Shown: positions 39,691-54,606 of the stretch, piece after piece | How positions within the stretch are numbered: position 1 is the first letter of the stretch | How the letters are laid out: each line of letters starts with the position of its first letter | DNA from: Octopus vulgaris | Taxonomy: Eukaryota | Direction of reading: 5' to 3' | DNA length: 64,000 nt | Assembly: GCA_951406725.2 (NCBI GenBank) | Contig: OX597814.1 | Coordinates: 32,240,001 to 32,304,000, forward strand | Notes under the pieces: generated by a model | What the model was told of the DNA's origin: nothing | Seen by the model: only the letters and a program-made list of their open reading frames with translations | Database searches by the model: none | Made by a program: the position numbers and the translations under genes

Positions 39691-40686
39691 TTATGTCCGT
39701 GTGCTCAAGATTCTGTCAGCTCACCGCCTTATTTCAGCCAAATATCAGAACCATATTCAACATTATAACACACGTTGTTTCAAGTAATCAATTCTGAATA
39801 TGCGAGTGGTCTCATATCTTGAATGTTGTTGAGGAAGAAATGTTTACGTCAACCCAGTACTTGAGTGGTACTAATTTAAAGTCTCTCAGTAGAATGACAG
39901 AAACACGTCGAAATTAATGGCTTTTGAAGGTAAAAGTAATACGATGCAATAAGTGCTTTGTAATATTATATCCGATGCTTAATAAAAATTAAAATCATTC
40001 TTTCAATTAGAAGCAAAATCCCTGTAATTTGGGGGAAGGCGGATAGTCAATTACATCGATCTTGGTACTTAACTGTTACTCTATTTTATCGACTAGTTAA
40101 CGATGAAAAGCAAAGTCGACCTCGGTAGAATTTAAAATCAGCACGTAAATAGCTGAAAGCAAAACGCCTCTACACATTTTTATCAAAGTACTAACGGCTG
40201 TGGCAGCTCGCTGCCTTTTTCTTAATATTACTGGCTGAATCGTTAGCATGCTGGGCAAAAAGCATAACAGCATTTCGTCCGGTTTTGTGTTCTGAGTTCA
40301 AATTTTGCCGAAGTCGACTTTACGTTTCAACCTTTCAGTGTCAAGCACTGGGGTCTTTAAAATAAGTACCAGTCGAGCACTGAGATTTATAAAATAAGTA
40401 CCAGCTGAGGACTGTGGTTCGATGTATTCGACTTGCTCTCTCCACCGAAATCTGAAAGTCTTTGTTCCAAAATCTGAAATTAATATTACTAAGGGTTAAG
40501 GTTACGAGCAGGCAGAATCGTTAGTAGACCGAACAAAATGCTTAGCGGTATGTCGTCCGACTTCACGTTCTGAGTCCAAATTCCGCCGAGGTCGACTTTG
40601 CGTTCCATCCTTGGTGTCGATAAAGCACATATCAGTTGAGCACAAGGGTTGGTTTAATTGACTTATCCCCTCCCCGCGAAATTGTT

Positions 40687-40889
40687 GGCGCAGGAAGGCT
40701 GTGTGGTAAGTAGGTTGCTTACCAGCCACATGGTTCCGGGTTCAGTCCCACTACTTGGCACCTTGGACAAGTGTCTTCTACTATAGCCTCGGGCCGACCA
40801 AAGCCTAGTGAGTAGATTTGGTAGACCGAAACTGAAAGAAGCTCGTCGTATATATGTATATGTATATATATATGTGTGTCTGTGTGTGT

Positions 40890-40923
<34 letters not shown>

Positions 40924-41116
40924 CTGTCTGTCTGTCTGTTTGTACCTCACCCCCAACATCGCTTGACAACCGATGCTGGTGTTTTTACGTCCCAGTAACT
41001 TAGCGGTACGGCAAAAGAGACCGATAGAATAAGTACTAGGCTTACAAAGAATAAGTCCTGGGGTCGATTTGCTCGACCAAAGGTGGTGCCGCAGTCAAAT
41101 GACTGAAACAAGTAAA
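40687..41116 (+). mobile_element. SINE family A, preceded by degraded family B copies (40240-40680)
   Basis: ggcgcaggaaggctgtgtggtaag...gactgaaacaagtaaa. Confidence 0.88.
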
Positions 41117-41767
41117 TGGCTTCACATTTGGGCACAGCACCAGCAATTTTAACGTGGGAGGCTCTATTAGTGTTTGACTGGTGCTTTGTGTTATCGAATC
41201 CGAAATGATTAAAGACATAGTTGACCAGGTCGGGACCTAAACTCAGAATGTAAAGAGCAAAATGTATGTGTGTGTGTATGAAAGAGAGAGAGAGGGAGAG
41301 AGAGAGAAAGAGAGAGAGTGAGTGTGTGTGTACGTGTGTATTTGTGTTTGTGTGTGTATTTGTGTGTGTGTGTGTATGTTTGTGTGTGTGTGTGCGTATG
41401 TATGTGAAGCAAGAAAGGAAACAAAGAAATTCCCTTAAACTCAAGAGGTTCACGAACGTTGATTCAAGCACATTTATCATACGACATATTAAAACAAAAA
41501 TGTAAAGATCGATCCACTTATACATCTACGCTCTTACCAGAAACTATATTGTGGTTGATTTGAGAACTTAAAAGTCATCGTTGAAAGCAATGGAGAGTTT
41601 ACAGCCTGACTATTGATTCTCTCACTTTCTCTTTTGCTCTCCCTTTCCCGGCCACTCAGTCTCTCTCTCTCTCGCACACGGACACACTATCACACTCGCT
41701 CTCTCTCTCTCTCTCTCAATCTCTCTATATACATATATAGATAAAGGGGAAGTGAAAGAGGGGAGAT

Positions 41768-41907
<140 letters not shown>

Positions 41908-42272
41908 GGAATTTTGGCTGATCCTGTCACTATATACAATATAGAGCAGTGCTCCGCCACCTTTTTAATTTACGGGTACACTTATATTCTTTTTAAAATT
42001 TGCTGACACACATGAACTAAAAATATAACTAAAAGTATAAGGGGAAAAAATGATGTTCAGGTTACACTGCGGCACACATAGCATCGTCTAGTGGCACACC
42101 AGTGTGTCGCGGCATACTTCTTGCGGAGCACTGATCTAGAGCAATAAACAGAACGTGGGATAGAGCGTATGGGAAGATGGGAGAGACAGGCAGATAAAGT
42201 GTGTAGGCAGAAAGAGAGAGAGAAAGAGTGTGTGTGTGTGTGTGTGTCTTCACACACACACACTCACACACA

Positions 42273-42311
<39 letters not shown>

Positions 42312-42562
42312 TGATGATAGCTTAACAGAGACAGATGCAGAAAACAAATCTGTAAACGTTATAAATATCTAAGCAGACGGTAAATAGTAGGAAAATCCTA
42401 CACTTTCCTATTACACGTGTAATAGTGTAAAAGCATGCGAGCAGTCTTCACGGTATTATCATATTAGCTTATTTAGAATCTATTCACGAAAACACAGTAA
42501 AACGCACTGACACACAGACACATGCATTCATACACACATCTCTCTCTCTCTATATATATATG

Positions 42563-42596
<34 letters not shown>

Positions 42597-42646
42597 GTAT
42601 ATACACACATATATATACTATATACTATATATACACACACACACTC

Positions 42647-42681
<35 letters not shown>

Positions 42682-42701
42682 CATATATATAAACATATAT
42701 A

Positions 42702-42805
<104 letters not shown>

Positions 42806-43074
42806 TCTCTCTGTCTGCGAATAGTATATATCTGTTTGTGTGTGTGTGTACATCTATATACATACGCTTCCATATACAAGTCGCTCACATATACACACTT
42901 TCATATATGCATAAACACCTTCATTTGTGTACCCGCGTGTATTGATATACATACATACCTACATGCATACAGAAACATATTAAGTTTAAACACTCGCAAT
43001 TTAGAAATACCCATTCATACAAGCACTTCCACAAATTCGTTCATTTTCTTTACGCGTCTATATAGAAGCACATA

Positions 43075-43310
43075 ATAAGAAATAAATGCACCCTTTTTTA
43101 AAGCCTAGCCAGGCTCATGGGACTAGTTTTCCCGGTTTCAATGGCGTATGAGTTCCCCAGCTGGACGGGATGCCAGTTACTCATTTTTGCCAGCTGAGTG
43201 GACTAGAGCAACGTGAAATGAAGTGTTTTGCTCAAGAACACAACGCGTCGCACGGTCCAGGAATCGAAACCACAATCTTACGATCATGATGCTGACACCC
43301 TAACCACATA
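43075..43310 (-). mobile_element. tRNA-derived SINE (C-related head, different tail)
   Basis: TSD tatagaagca; head resembles 4772-4985. Confidence 0.7.
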
Positions 43311-43439
43311 TAGAAGCATAAGCAGACACTAAATGAAACGCTGACAAACTTCAATACCTAGATGTAAGGAAGCACGCTGATGCAAACCAATATGTTCACA
43401 AAACGAGATGTTTGACTCGGTAATTGCTGCTGCTGCCGT

Positions 43440-43599
43440 TACTACAACTACTACTACTGCCACTAACACCACCACTAATATTAGTACTACCATTACTACT
43501 ACTATAACTACGACTCTCACCGCCACCATCCCTAAACTTTCACCTCTACTACCACTACCACCATCCCTACAACTTTCACCACTACTACCATTACCACCT

Positions 43600-43639
<40 letters not shown>

Positions 43640-43928
43640 CACCTCCACTACTACTACTTCCATAACTACTACTACTACTACTGCCACCAACACCACCACT
43701 AATATTAGTACTACCATTACTACTACTATAACTACGACTCTCACCGCCACCATCCCTAAACTTTCACCACTATTACCACTACCACCATCCCTACAACTTT
43801 CACCACTACTACCATTACAACCTCCACTACTACTACTACTACACCACCACCTCCACTACTACTTCTACCATCACCACCACCATCACAGCAACTACTACTA
43901 CTACTATAACTACTACTACTACTTCCAT

Positions 43929-43959
<31 letters not shown>

Positions 43960-44726
43960 GCCACTAACACCACCACTAATATTAGTACTACCATTACTAC
44001 TACTATAACTACGACTCTCACCGCCACCATCCCTAAACTTTCACCACTACTACCATTACCACCTCCACTACTACTACTACTACTACCACCACCACCACCT
44101 CCACTACTACTACTTCCATAACTACTACTACTACTACTGCCACCAACACCACCACTAATATTAGTACTACCATTACTACTACTATAACTACGACTCTCAC
44201 CGCCACCATCCCTAAACTTTCACCACTACTACCACTACCACCATCCCTACAACTTTCACCACTACTACCATTACCACCTCCACTACTACTACTACTACCA
44301 CCATTACCTCCACTACTACTTCTACCATCACCACCACCATCACAGCAACTACTACTACTACTATAACTACTACCACCACCACCTCCACTACTACTTCTAC
44401 CATCACCACCACCATCACAGCAACTACTACTACTATAACTACTACCACCACCACCTCCACTACTACTACTTCCATCACTACTACTACTACTACTACTACT
44501 GCCACCAACACCACCACTAATTTTAGTACTACCATTACTACCACTATAACTACGACTCTCACCGCCACCATCCCTAAACTTTCACCACTACTACCACTAC
44601 CACCTCCACTACTACTACTACTATTACTACCACCAACACCTCCACTACTACTTCTACCATCACCACCACCATCACAGCAACTACTACTACTACTACCACC
44701 ACCACCTCCACTACTACTACTTCCAT

Positions 44727-44774
<48 letters not shown>

Positions 44775-44790
44775 TACTACTCTAGCAACT
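43440..44790. repeat. Higher-order tandem repeat built from ACT/ACC triplets (5 variable units)
   Basis: Anchor accaccactaatattagtactaccattact...acgactctcaccgccaccatccctaaactttcacc recurs at ~43468, 43692, 43970, 44148, 44511. Confidence 0.92.
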
Positions 44791-45284
44791 ATCCTAAGTG
44801 TTGTGTGCGCCAACAGGCGTCTTCTAATTGTTCCGCCGATGCAAACAATCCGAGAATAACAACATTCATTTTGATTAAAAGCTTTGCTGCTAAATAAATC
44901 TATGCGGTTTTATACTGCACATAAAATCGGGGTTGCTTCATGAGGGGGGGGGGGGGAGAGAATTTATAAAGAAAATTGGAAATAATCAAAAGAAGCTATA
45001 TTGGCATTTCAAAGTTTTTTTTAACTCGCCAGAAATTGGCTCAAGAAATTTTCGCGCGCGAAATACGAAATGCCTTTGGGTCATAGTATAGCAGCCACGC
45101 CGCCACCTCGAATAGAATGGAAATCTAACATTGATGTGTGTGTACGTGCGCGTGAGAGTGTGTGTGTATGTGTGTGTGTGTGTGAGTGTGTGTGTGTGTG
45201 TGTACGCGCGCGTCTTTTTTATATCTGTGATTGTGCCTGTATGCGTCTGTGTGCGTCACCTACGCTTTTTATTCAATTTGTCTC

Positions 45285-45322
<38 letters not shown>

Positions 45323-45495
45323 ATATACATACGTATATACATATATATACATACCTCAATGCTTAAATGTATATACACATACGCACACACGCGCATATAT
45401 ACATATACATATATATCTAATTTCTAGTAAAAAATTATTACCTTTGTATGGTATTTTTTTCCCATGCTGACCACTTGATAATATCGATATTATCC

Positions 45496-45537
<42 letters not shown>

Positions 45538-45538
<1 letters not shown>

Positions 45539-45539
45539 G

Positions 45540-45608
<69 letters not shown>

Positions 45609-45609
45609 T

Positions 45610-45672
<63 letters not shown>
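45538..45672. repeat. (TAGA)n microsatellite (also 41841-41907, 61110-61315)
   Basis: Direct tetranucleotide runs. Confidence 0.97.
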
Positions 45673-45749
45673 CACACGTGTGTGTATGTATGTGTTGCGT
45701 ATGTGTATATACATGTATGTGTGACGAGTGACTGTTTCCAAAGAGAGAT

Positions 45750-45780
<31 letters not shown>

Positions 45781-47384
45781 CAGACAGAGAGTCGGAAAGT
45801 GAGAGAGAAAGAATATGTCGTGCAAAAAGCCAAACAAATCAAGCGCACCATAACAAAACAACGTACATGTGACGCCATCTAGAGCGCTCACTTCTTATGA
45901 ATATAGTAGAAAGGAAACAACAGACTTACTGAGCGTTGATATATATTTTGGTTTTGAAAGAAATTGAGAACGATAGAGCGATAGAGTATATGAGGGAGAG
46001 ATAGCTACGGAGAGTAAGAGAGTTAAGAGAGTAAGGAAGAGAGGGTAGCTGAGAACGTATTTCTTAAGATTATATACTGCCGAAAATATCGACGTAAAGC
46101 AATTCCTAAGGAAAACAGGAAACAGTGTCAACAAGCGCATGCAGACACACAGACACAAACCAAACGTATACCACATCGTATCATATCATAATTCCATAGA
46201 CATACATACATAAATACATACATACATACATACATAAATACATACATATATAGGCATATATACAGACACAACGCGAACGTTCATATAAACTCTCTCTCAC
46301 ACACACACACGTACAGATTCATGTGTGTTGGTGCATATACCACAAACATATATACTCCAAGACTGCTTTTTAATGAAGAAAGAAGATTATAAGGTGAGTG
46401 TTTTTCTATAAATTTATACACAAGACCCAGCAGTCAGCCGTTTTTACGCGAAATTTCAATCGCCACCTTTATTCGTTACACGAACTTGCTCACCACAAGT
46501 TTGTCTCCAACGCTAACACACATACACACACAGGCACGCACACGCTGCATACGCACATATACATGAAAGCGCACGCAAACACACTAATGCAAACGCACAC
46601 ACTCATATAAGTACGCATAGGAGGACTATGCCAAAATTTCGATGTAAACATCCTATGAAATTTCAATTACGAGCTTACAACGTCCTTATTATGAATCAAC
46701 AAAGCTACGTAGGACCATACGCCTCTATTGATATACGTTAAATACGAAAGTAGTGTTATCAAATAAGCCATACATATTTGTTTGTATGTGTGTGTGTGTG
46801 TGTGTGTAAATTTGTGCATAAATATAGTTTGGCTATGTAAACATGTATGTATATTTACATTTATGTAAGGTTACCCAAGCGATTACCCATTGGATTATAA
46901 CGATGCTCCATGTTGCACAAAAATGTTGACAGGTGGTGACCCTGTGTTTTCTGCTAGATATGTATGTGAATGTGTATTATGTATCTATAAAAAGATTGTG
47001 CTTGTGTGTTGTGTTTGTGTATGTGTGTATGCGTGTGTGTGTGTGTGGCCATGCGCGTTTATGCATAAGAATTATGTGCTGTAATCTCTCATTGAAAAGT
47101 TCTGCAATCAGTGTTGCGGCCCTCTCAACCTGCATTCAAAGAGTAATCAAGGGCTGCTTTATCCAATTTGCTACTTATATTTTTGAAATGTGATCTGTTC
47201 TTTATATCTAACTAGCAAGTTAGACATCATTCGTTTGGCTAGTGGCTCCCTCCTATACGTATAGATTTATATGCTCTCACACACAAGCACGAATGTTCGG
47301 ACCAATATAAAAACGTTGTGTGCGTTTGTAGTGGGTGGGTGGGTGTGTATATGTGTGTGTGTGTATATGTTTATGTGTATATAG

Positions 47385-47541
47385 AGGAGTGGCTGTGTGG
47401 AAAGTAGCTTGCTTACCAACCACATGGTTCCGCGTTCAGTCCCGCTGCGTGGCACATTCGGCAAGTGTCTTCTACTATAGCCTCGGGCTGACTAAAGCTT
47501 TGTGAGTGGACTTGGTAGACGGAAACTGAAAGAAGCCCGCC

Positions 47542-47626
<85 letters not shown>

Positions 47627-47810
47627 TGTGTCTGTGTTTATCCCCCACCATCACGTGACAACCGATGTTGGTGTGTTCACGTCCGCTTAACATAGCGGTT
47701 CGGCAACAGAGACCGATAGAAGAAATCCTGGGATCGATTTGTTCGACTAAACGCGATGCTCCAGCATGACCGCAGTGAAATGACCAAAACGAATAAAATA
47801 ATAAAAGAAT
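47385..47810 (+). mobile_element. SINE family A
   Basis: ggagtggctgtgtgg..gttcagtccc..tgctccagcatg. Confidence 0.85.
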
Positions 47811-47873
47811 ATATATATATATATATATGGTTTTAAATTGATATTAAAATTAAAATTTAATTTATCTCCCTCA

Positions 47874-47909
<36 letters not shown>

Positions 47910-47911
<2 letters not shown>

Positions 47912-48118
47912 CCATGTTGATTCGTTAGCTACTGCACGCATTTTTTTTCTCTCCTTCTTTCTGGGTTTTTCTCTCTCTGTGTATCTTTCTGTTGAAGAGC
48001 GTAGGCTCGAAACGTTAAAGACTTGTTTTATTTATATTTCCTGAGCGCCATACTAATACAATTGTTCGTTTGTTTTCCACCTGCCTTCGTCTTTTGTTTA
48101 TTTTCATAAAGCTTCCCG

Positions 48119-48120
<2 letters not shown>
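47910..48120 (+). mobile_element. Short hammerhead-bearing module (motif 47984-48021) flanked by (TA)n on both sides
   Basis: tcttt-CTGTTGA-A-gagc-gtag-gctc-GAAA-C-GTT-aaaga (5-bp stem I); tttcctgagcg downstream. Confidence 0.8.
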
Positions 48121-48171
<51 letters not shown>

Positions 48172-48867
48172 TATGAGTGTGAGCGTTTGTGTATATACTA
48201 TCCCTATATATTTATGTGTTTCTTTATATGTGCAAGTGCAGGTATGTGTATTATTATTAAGCTTTCTTTCTAGAGTTTTGCCAATAGAGAAAGAGCCCGT
48301 TTCTAACTTAGATCCAATGTATTGGAAAGTTCATTGAAATTTCAACAACTTGGATAGGGTGCTTGTACGTATACATGTGTATAAATGCAACTATTTGGAA
48401 TCAGTGCAAGTGCAGTTCTATGTTTCTGTTTTGTTTTAAGTGTGTATATATGTGTGTATATATGTGTGTATGGGCATAAATCTTTAAGTTTACAAACAAG
48501 ATTAAAGTACTCAAAACAGAAATACACTATAGTAACTTTATTAGAAACATGTTGCTCAGAATTACGCGTGCAATCGCTGATCACATGACAGATTATTATA
48601 TTTAAGATGTTATACTTATAACATAAGATAATTATTAATGGTCAATCGTTGGATAAAAAATATATCAATTAATAATTAATAATGGACAATAATTGCAAAT
48701 GATAAACGTATAACAATACACCACTAAACATAAATAATTGATCGTGAATTTGTGTGTCCTTGAATGTCTGTGCATACGGATACATGTTAGCGGTTGCCAT
48801 TTCCTGTTGCTATAAACAAATGCCTGTAGGTTCAGATATACAAATATACATACACATATACCGATTG

Positions 48868-49005
<138 letters not shown>

Positions 49006-49034
49006 CATGCATATATACGCATAGTCATATATAT

Positions 49035-49185
49035 GGGGAGAATTCACAAAAGAAAAAGATGAAGACAGCTAGCGTAGACAACAAACAAATGTATTAGTAT
49101 AACGCTCGGGAAGTTAAAAAGTCATTAACGTTTCGAGCCAACGCTCTTCCACAGAAAGGAACACAGAACGAAACAAGGAGAAAAA
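49035..49185 (-). mobile_element. Short hammerhead-bearing module (motif 49122-49158) in TA-rich DNA
   Basis: Minus strand cttt-CTGTGGA-A-gagc-gttg-gctc-GAAA-C-GTT-aatg; cttcccgagcg downstream. Confidence 0.75.
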
Positions 49186-49273
49186 ATATATATGTATACA
49201 TATGTGTATGTGTGTGTATGTATGTATGTAATTATGAATGCATAAATTAACAAATTAAATGTACATATACACA

Positions 49274-49316
<43 letters not shown>

Positions 49317-49927
49317 CAAGGAGGAAAGGAAAACCGCAGAATACACACATGTACGTTTATGGAAACACATCGATACAGAGAATCACATTAATATTTATCT
49401 ATACATTTCCGCTTGACATGAATTCAATCAAAAGACTATTTCCTGTAACATAAACTCTATTTGTGTATTTTTACTTATATGTCTATCGAATTATTTATAC
49501 GTATGTGTCTATTCATCTACCGTTATTACTGTCATATATATATATATATATATCTGTCTATTCATTTACGTTTCTCGGGGCACGGCTGTCAATCAATTTA
49601 TTGTTTACTCTTAAGTCCAAAGTTTATCTATGCACCTATGTCATTAATTTGTACCAATAAGTCTATTAATACTTCTGTCAACCAATATATAACTATCTCA
49701 CTCTCTCATTTTTTTTGTCGCTCTCCACCCCCCTTTCGCTCTCTCGCTCTCTTTCTTTCTCACAGATATTTCCATATATGTGTACATATGAACATATATA
49801 CATACATATACACACGGACATATATATGTATGCATTCATAAGTAGAAGTAACTAGGCATATATATATACAAACATATATGTCTGCATAGAATAATCACAG
49901 TGGCTAGTGGCTAGTGACTAGCAGCCC

Positions 49928-49980
<53 letters not shown>

Positions 49981-49999
49981 GTATGTATATATATATGTT

Positions 50000-50040
<41 letters not shown>

Positions 50041-50108
50041 ATGTATACACACACACACACAAGCATAGGTGTATGCATATATATATGTGTGTGTGTGTGT
50101 ATATATAT

Positions 50109-50145
<37 letters not shown>

Positions 50146-50588
50146 CGTACTTACATATACAGACACATGCATATGTATACAGCCACACACACACACACGT
50201 GTGTATATGTTACGCTTTGTCCCCGAATGGCTTATATGTTCCCTTCACAAGAAGGAGGTCCTAGATTCGATCTTAATGCTTGGTATCTTGAGGTGTCATC
50301 ATTTTATTAATAGTCTCGGCCGCGGTAACGTTTTGTGAGAAAAGTTCGTTCGACGGAAATTGTCAGGAAGCCTGCCGGCTCGATTGTATCTAGTGCTGAA
50401 TCATTGTAATAGATTGTGTCGAAATGATTCTGCTTCCACGTGTCTGTGGAATCCTCAGTCACACGTTAATTCAAGAGCAGATAACTCGCTTGTTTGAAAA
50501 ACTAAATCCTTTTCATTGAACCGACGGGGAAACATTTACATATGTGTATGTATAGGTAAACACATTTATACATATGTCTGAGTGTATG

Positions 50589-50660
<72 letters not shown>

Positions 50661-50689
50661 TGTGTGTGCATGTGTGTGTATATATATGC

Positions 50690-50725
<36 letters not shown>

Positions 50726-50959
50726 TTGTGTGTGTGTTTGTGTGTGTATATGTATATGTGTGTGTGTATATATATAGATATATATGTATATATATAGAGA
50801 GAGAGAGAGAGGCAGAGAGAGAGAGAGATAGTATATACTTATTCACCTATCAATTAGTCTCTCAGTTTACAGCTATTAATAATTTCATGTAGAGCCAGTG
50901 TGTGTGTACGTGAGTGAGTGCGTGCGTGTGAGAGTGTGTATGTGTGTGAGTGTGTGCGT

Positions 50960-51457
50960 GTATTCTTTTATTATTTTACTTGTTTCAGTCTTTTTGGCAA
51001 TGGCCATTTTGGAGCACAGCCTTGAATGGTTTTTGTTGGATAAATCGACACCAGGATTTATTCTTTTAAAGCCTATTCTATCGGCCACTCTTGCCGAACC
51101 GGTAAGTCGCGGGGATGTAAACACACCAACAGCGGGTATCCAGCGGTCATGTTGGGACAAATACAAACACAAAGGGACACACACGCACAAACGTATATAT
51201 ATATATATATATATACTTTTTTCTCTTTTGCTCTTTTACTTGTTTCAGTCATGTGACTGTGGCCATGCTAGAGCACCGCCTTTAGTCGAGAAAATTGACC
51301 CTAGGTATTATTCTTTGTAAGCCTGGTATTTATTCTATCACTATTTTTGCCGAACCGCTAAGTTACGGGGACATAAACACACCACCATCGGTTGTCAAGC
51401 GATGTTGTTGGGGGGGGGGAGAAACACAGACACACAAACACACACACACACATATAT

Positions 51458-51488
<31 letters not shown>

Positions 51489-51651
51489 CGACGGGCTTCT
51501 TTTAGTTTCCGTCTACCAAATCCACTCACAAGGCTTTGGTCGGCCCGAGGCTATAGTAGAAGACACTTGCCCAAGGTGCCACGCAGTGGGACTGAACCAG
51601 GAACCGTGTGGTTGGTAAGCAAGCTACTTACCACACAGCCACTCCTGCGCC
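50960..51651 (-). mobile_element. SINE family A: full copy 51228-51651 plus a 3' partial copy 50960-51190
   Basis: Homology to family A. Confidence 0.88.
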
Positions 51652-52796
51652 TATCTCATTCCTCATTCCGATCATTCACGACAATATGAGTTTTCGAAGA
51701 CAGTTGCTCCCATAAGTACCAAAATGAAATTTGGGATTTATGGAGGGTGAAATTTAGGTACACAAGCAGGACAGTGGAGACATGCTAGGAAACCGAACGA
51801 AAGTAAACCTGGAGGGTCGTCAGACCAGAAGGAGGCTAAATTAATGAACGCTGGAGAAATATTTCCTTTGAAAAGAGAAAAAAATGGGAGAGAGATAGAT
51901 AGAATACATCTAGCCCTTAGGACAATCCTGAAGGAAAAGAAAGTTGATCACGTGAAGAAAAGAAAGATGATCACGCGAGGAAAAGACAGATGGCCGATGA
52001 TCACGTGTGAGTAACGAGAGAGAGAAAAAGAGATAGATGGAAAAAGAGAGACAGATAAAAAACTGTGAAGCGGAGAAAAAGATAGGGGAGAAAATAGTAA
52101 AGAGTAGAGTTGCATCAAAATGATATACGACGGGCTTCTTTCAGTTTCTGTCTACCAAATCCTCTCACAAAGTTTTGGTCATCCCGAGGCTATAGTAAAC
52201 GACATTTGCTCAAGGCACCACGGAGTGGGACTGAACCTGAAACGATGTAGTTGGAATGCAAGATTCTTACCACACAGACATGCCTGCACCTCTACATGCA
52301 TTAATGTACTACTCTGTGTATGTCCATCTATACATTTACTTCCTTTTTTAAGCTCATGTCCACGCAAATGATATCGATTCCCATAGTTTTGGCAACTTGA
52401 ATCTGAATATTATAATTAATACGGAAAAATGAAAGCTAAAAGTTTAAGAAGCTACGAAACGATAAAAATTTATAACAGCAATAATATTCACAGTTATATA
52501 ATTTTAATCATAAGCACAGGGTCACTTATTTCCGAAATGGAGATTAGTCGAGTATACTGAATTAAGTATTTGAGTGAAACTGTATTTATCGACCCTGGAG
52601 TGACGCCAGCAAAGCTGACCACGATTCACCAGGTTCTGAGTTCAAATCCCGCCGGAGTGAACTTTGCCCTCAACCCTTTCGCGGCGAGAAACTAAATCTG
52701 TTACATGGATTTGGGGATCAATGTAATCGACTTATACATTTCCCTGAAATTTAAGGCCTTGTGCCAAAATCTGAAACCATTATTATTATTATTATA

Positions 52797-52846
<50 letters not shown>

Positions 52847-52883
52847 CATTATTATTATTATCATTATCATTTTTATTATTATT

Positions 52884-53393
52884 CAGTGAGAGAGCAGCGC
52901 ATGCGGTCAAAATGACACGGGGTTACAATTATACGAAATTCAATATACCCATCGTAACTATCCGTCTGATAAAGGTACATCAGGCACATATATCACAACC
53001 ATATGTGTGCGATATGGTGATCTCATATCAAGATAAATCAGCGCATGACCTTGCAGGGGGGGGGGTCCAGTTAGTATTTTCATCTGGTCGAGTAGCCCAA
53101 AAGGGTTGGTTAAGGATGTTGAACAAAACACTCATGTTTCCAAAGTATTCCTTTCAACACATGACGCTCCACCACTACTTCTGCCCGTGATTAGAAATGC
53201 ACGTATCAGTAGCCACCATGAGCTATACTCAACTGGTTAAGTTCAAACAACTGACAAGCAAATCCGTGGTATTGAGCAGAATATTTGCTGTAGCCCATCT
53301 TTTATACCAAGACAAAAAACGTGTACATGATAACACTTCCAATCAGTTAAGATCAGAAACCATGGGAGTCAGTGCCTGGTTCTGCATCAGGTC

Positions 53394-53457
<64 letters not shown>

Positions 53458-53686
53458 GACTGAGAGAGCAGTGCATGCCATCAAAGTGACACTGGGGTAA
53501 AATATATGAAGCCCAATATACCCATCATGACTACCCGTCTGATAAAGGTACACCAGGCACATGCATCACAACCAAATGTGCGCGACATGGTGATCTCATA
53601 TCAAGATAAACAGCACATGACCTTGCAGGTGGGGCCCAGTTAGAATTTTCTTCAGGTTGAGTAGCCCATCCCGCTCAAAAGGTCCC

Positions 53687-53732
<46 letters not shown>

Positions 53733-53778
53733 ATTATTATCATTAATATTGAGTGAGAGATTAGTTCATACCATCAAC
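52884..53778. mobile_element. Repeated element in a (TAT)n/(TAA)n tract: 52884-53397, 53458-53686 and a stub at ~53750
   Basis: tgagagagcag..catg..tcaaa.tgacac.gggg...atggtgatctcatatcaagataaa repeated; copies separated by (TAT)n. Confidence 0.75.
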
Positions 53779-53902
53779 CAATAACCCCGCCTTCGCTAAG
53801 GCGGAGGTAATAAAGCGAAGCTTAACGAAGATTATCTATAATAACTATTCGGCAAATTTTGGTAACTTAGTATAATGTGATGATGGAAATCGAATAGAAA
53901 CA

Positions 53903-54493
53903 TAAACAAGAGCACTCAGACAACGCAAACATCCGCCAAGGCAACGCCAACGTCCTCTCAACAGTAAGCCAGAGATGATCTTTAAAATGAGAATGTCTGC
54001 AATAAACTCGACCGTTCTCACAAACAAGAATACTCAAAATGAACCCGACGCTCTCAAAGAAATTAAGTAAAAGAAGAAACAAGAAAACTATCCAGAATCC
54101 TTGTCCGGTACCTGATCGATCCCATTGGTAGTCATAGAATGTGAAGGTGGCTGCAGAAAATTTAGTAACAGTAATAGAGCATATCCTTATCTAATACAAG
54201 CTAAATTCACCATTCAAAAGAGTTACAGCCTAAAGGGAGATAATTGAGAAAGTTAACGTAAGATCGTAATCATGTAAATGTAGCAAATAATCCAGAATCT
54301 ATCTCCAGTACGGGATCGATCCCAAAATCTACTCAGTTCGTGTCAGTTACGAACCCAAATAAACCTAAAAGTTTCATCCGAATCCATCCAGCGGTTCTTG
54401 AGATACCTTGCCCACGGACAAACAAGCCAACAAACGCAACTGAAAAACAATACCTTTGCCTTCGCTAAGGCGGAGATAGAAGGCGGAGGTAAT
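53903..54493. mobile_element. Helentron-associated (HINE/DINE-like) non-autonomous element
   Basis: aaacaagagcactcaga..ccgccaaggc at one end; gtttcatccgaatccatccagcggttcttgagata..acaaac.. and terminal hairpin gccttcgctaaggcgg..ggtaataa at the other; extra terminus at 53780-53812. Confidence 0.65.
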
Positions 54494-54606
54494 AACTCTG
54501 AAACTCCAAATCTCAACAAGACGTCTAAATTACTGCCTCTTGCTGACAAATCACTCATCATTGATATAACCAGTCGGTACTTACTGGGAAGAATACAAGT
54601 GTGAAT

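Noticed and set aside
42305-42352. CTGATGA...GAAA match
   Set aside because: No credible stems I, II or III
43329-44813. Poly-Val and poly-Thr ORFs
   Set aside because: Triplet-repeat translations broken in every unit
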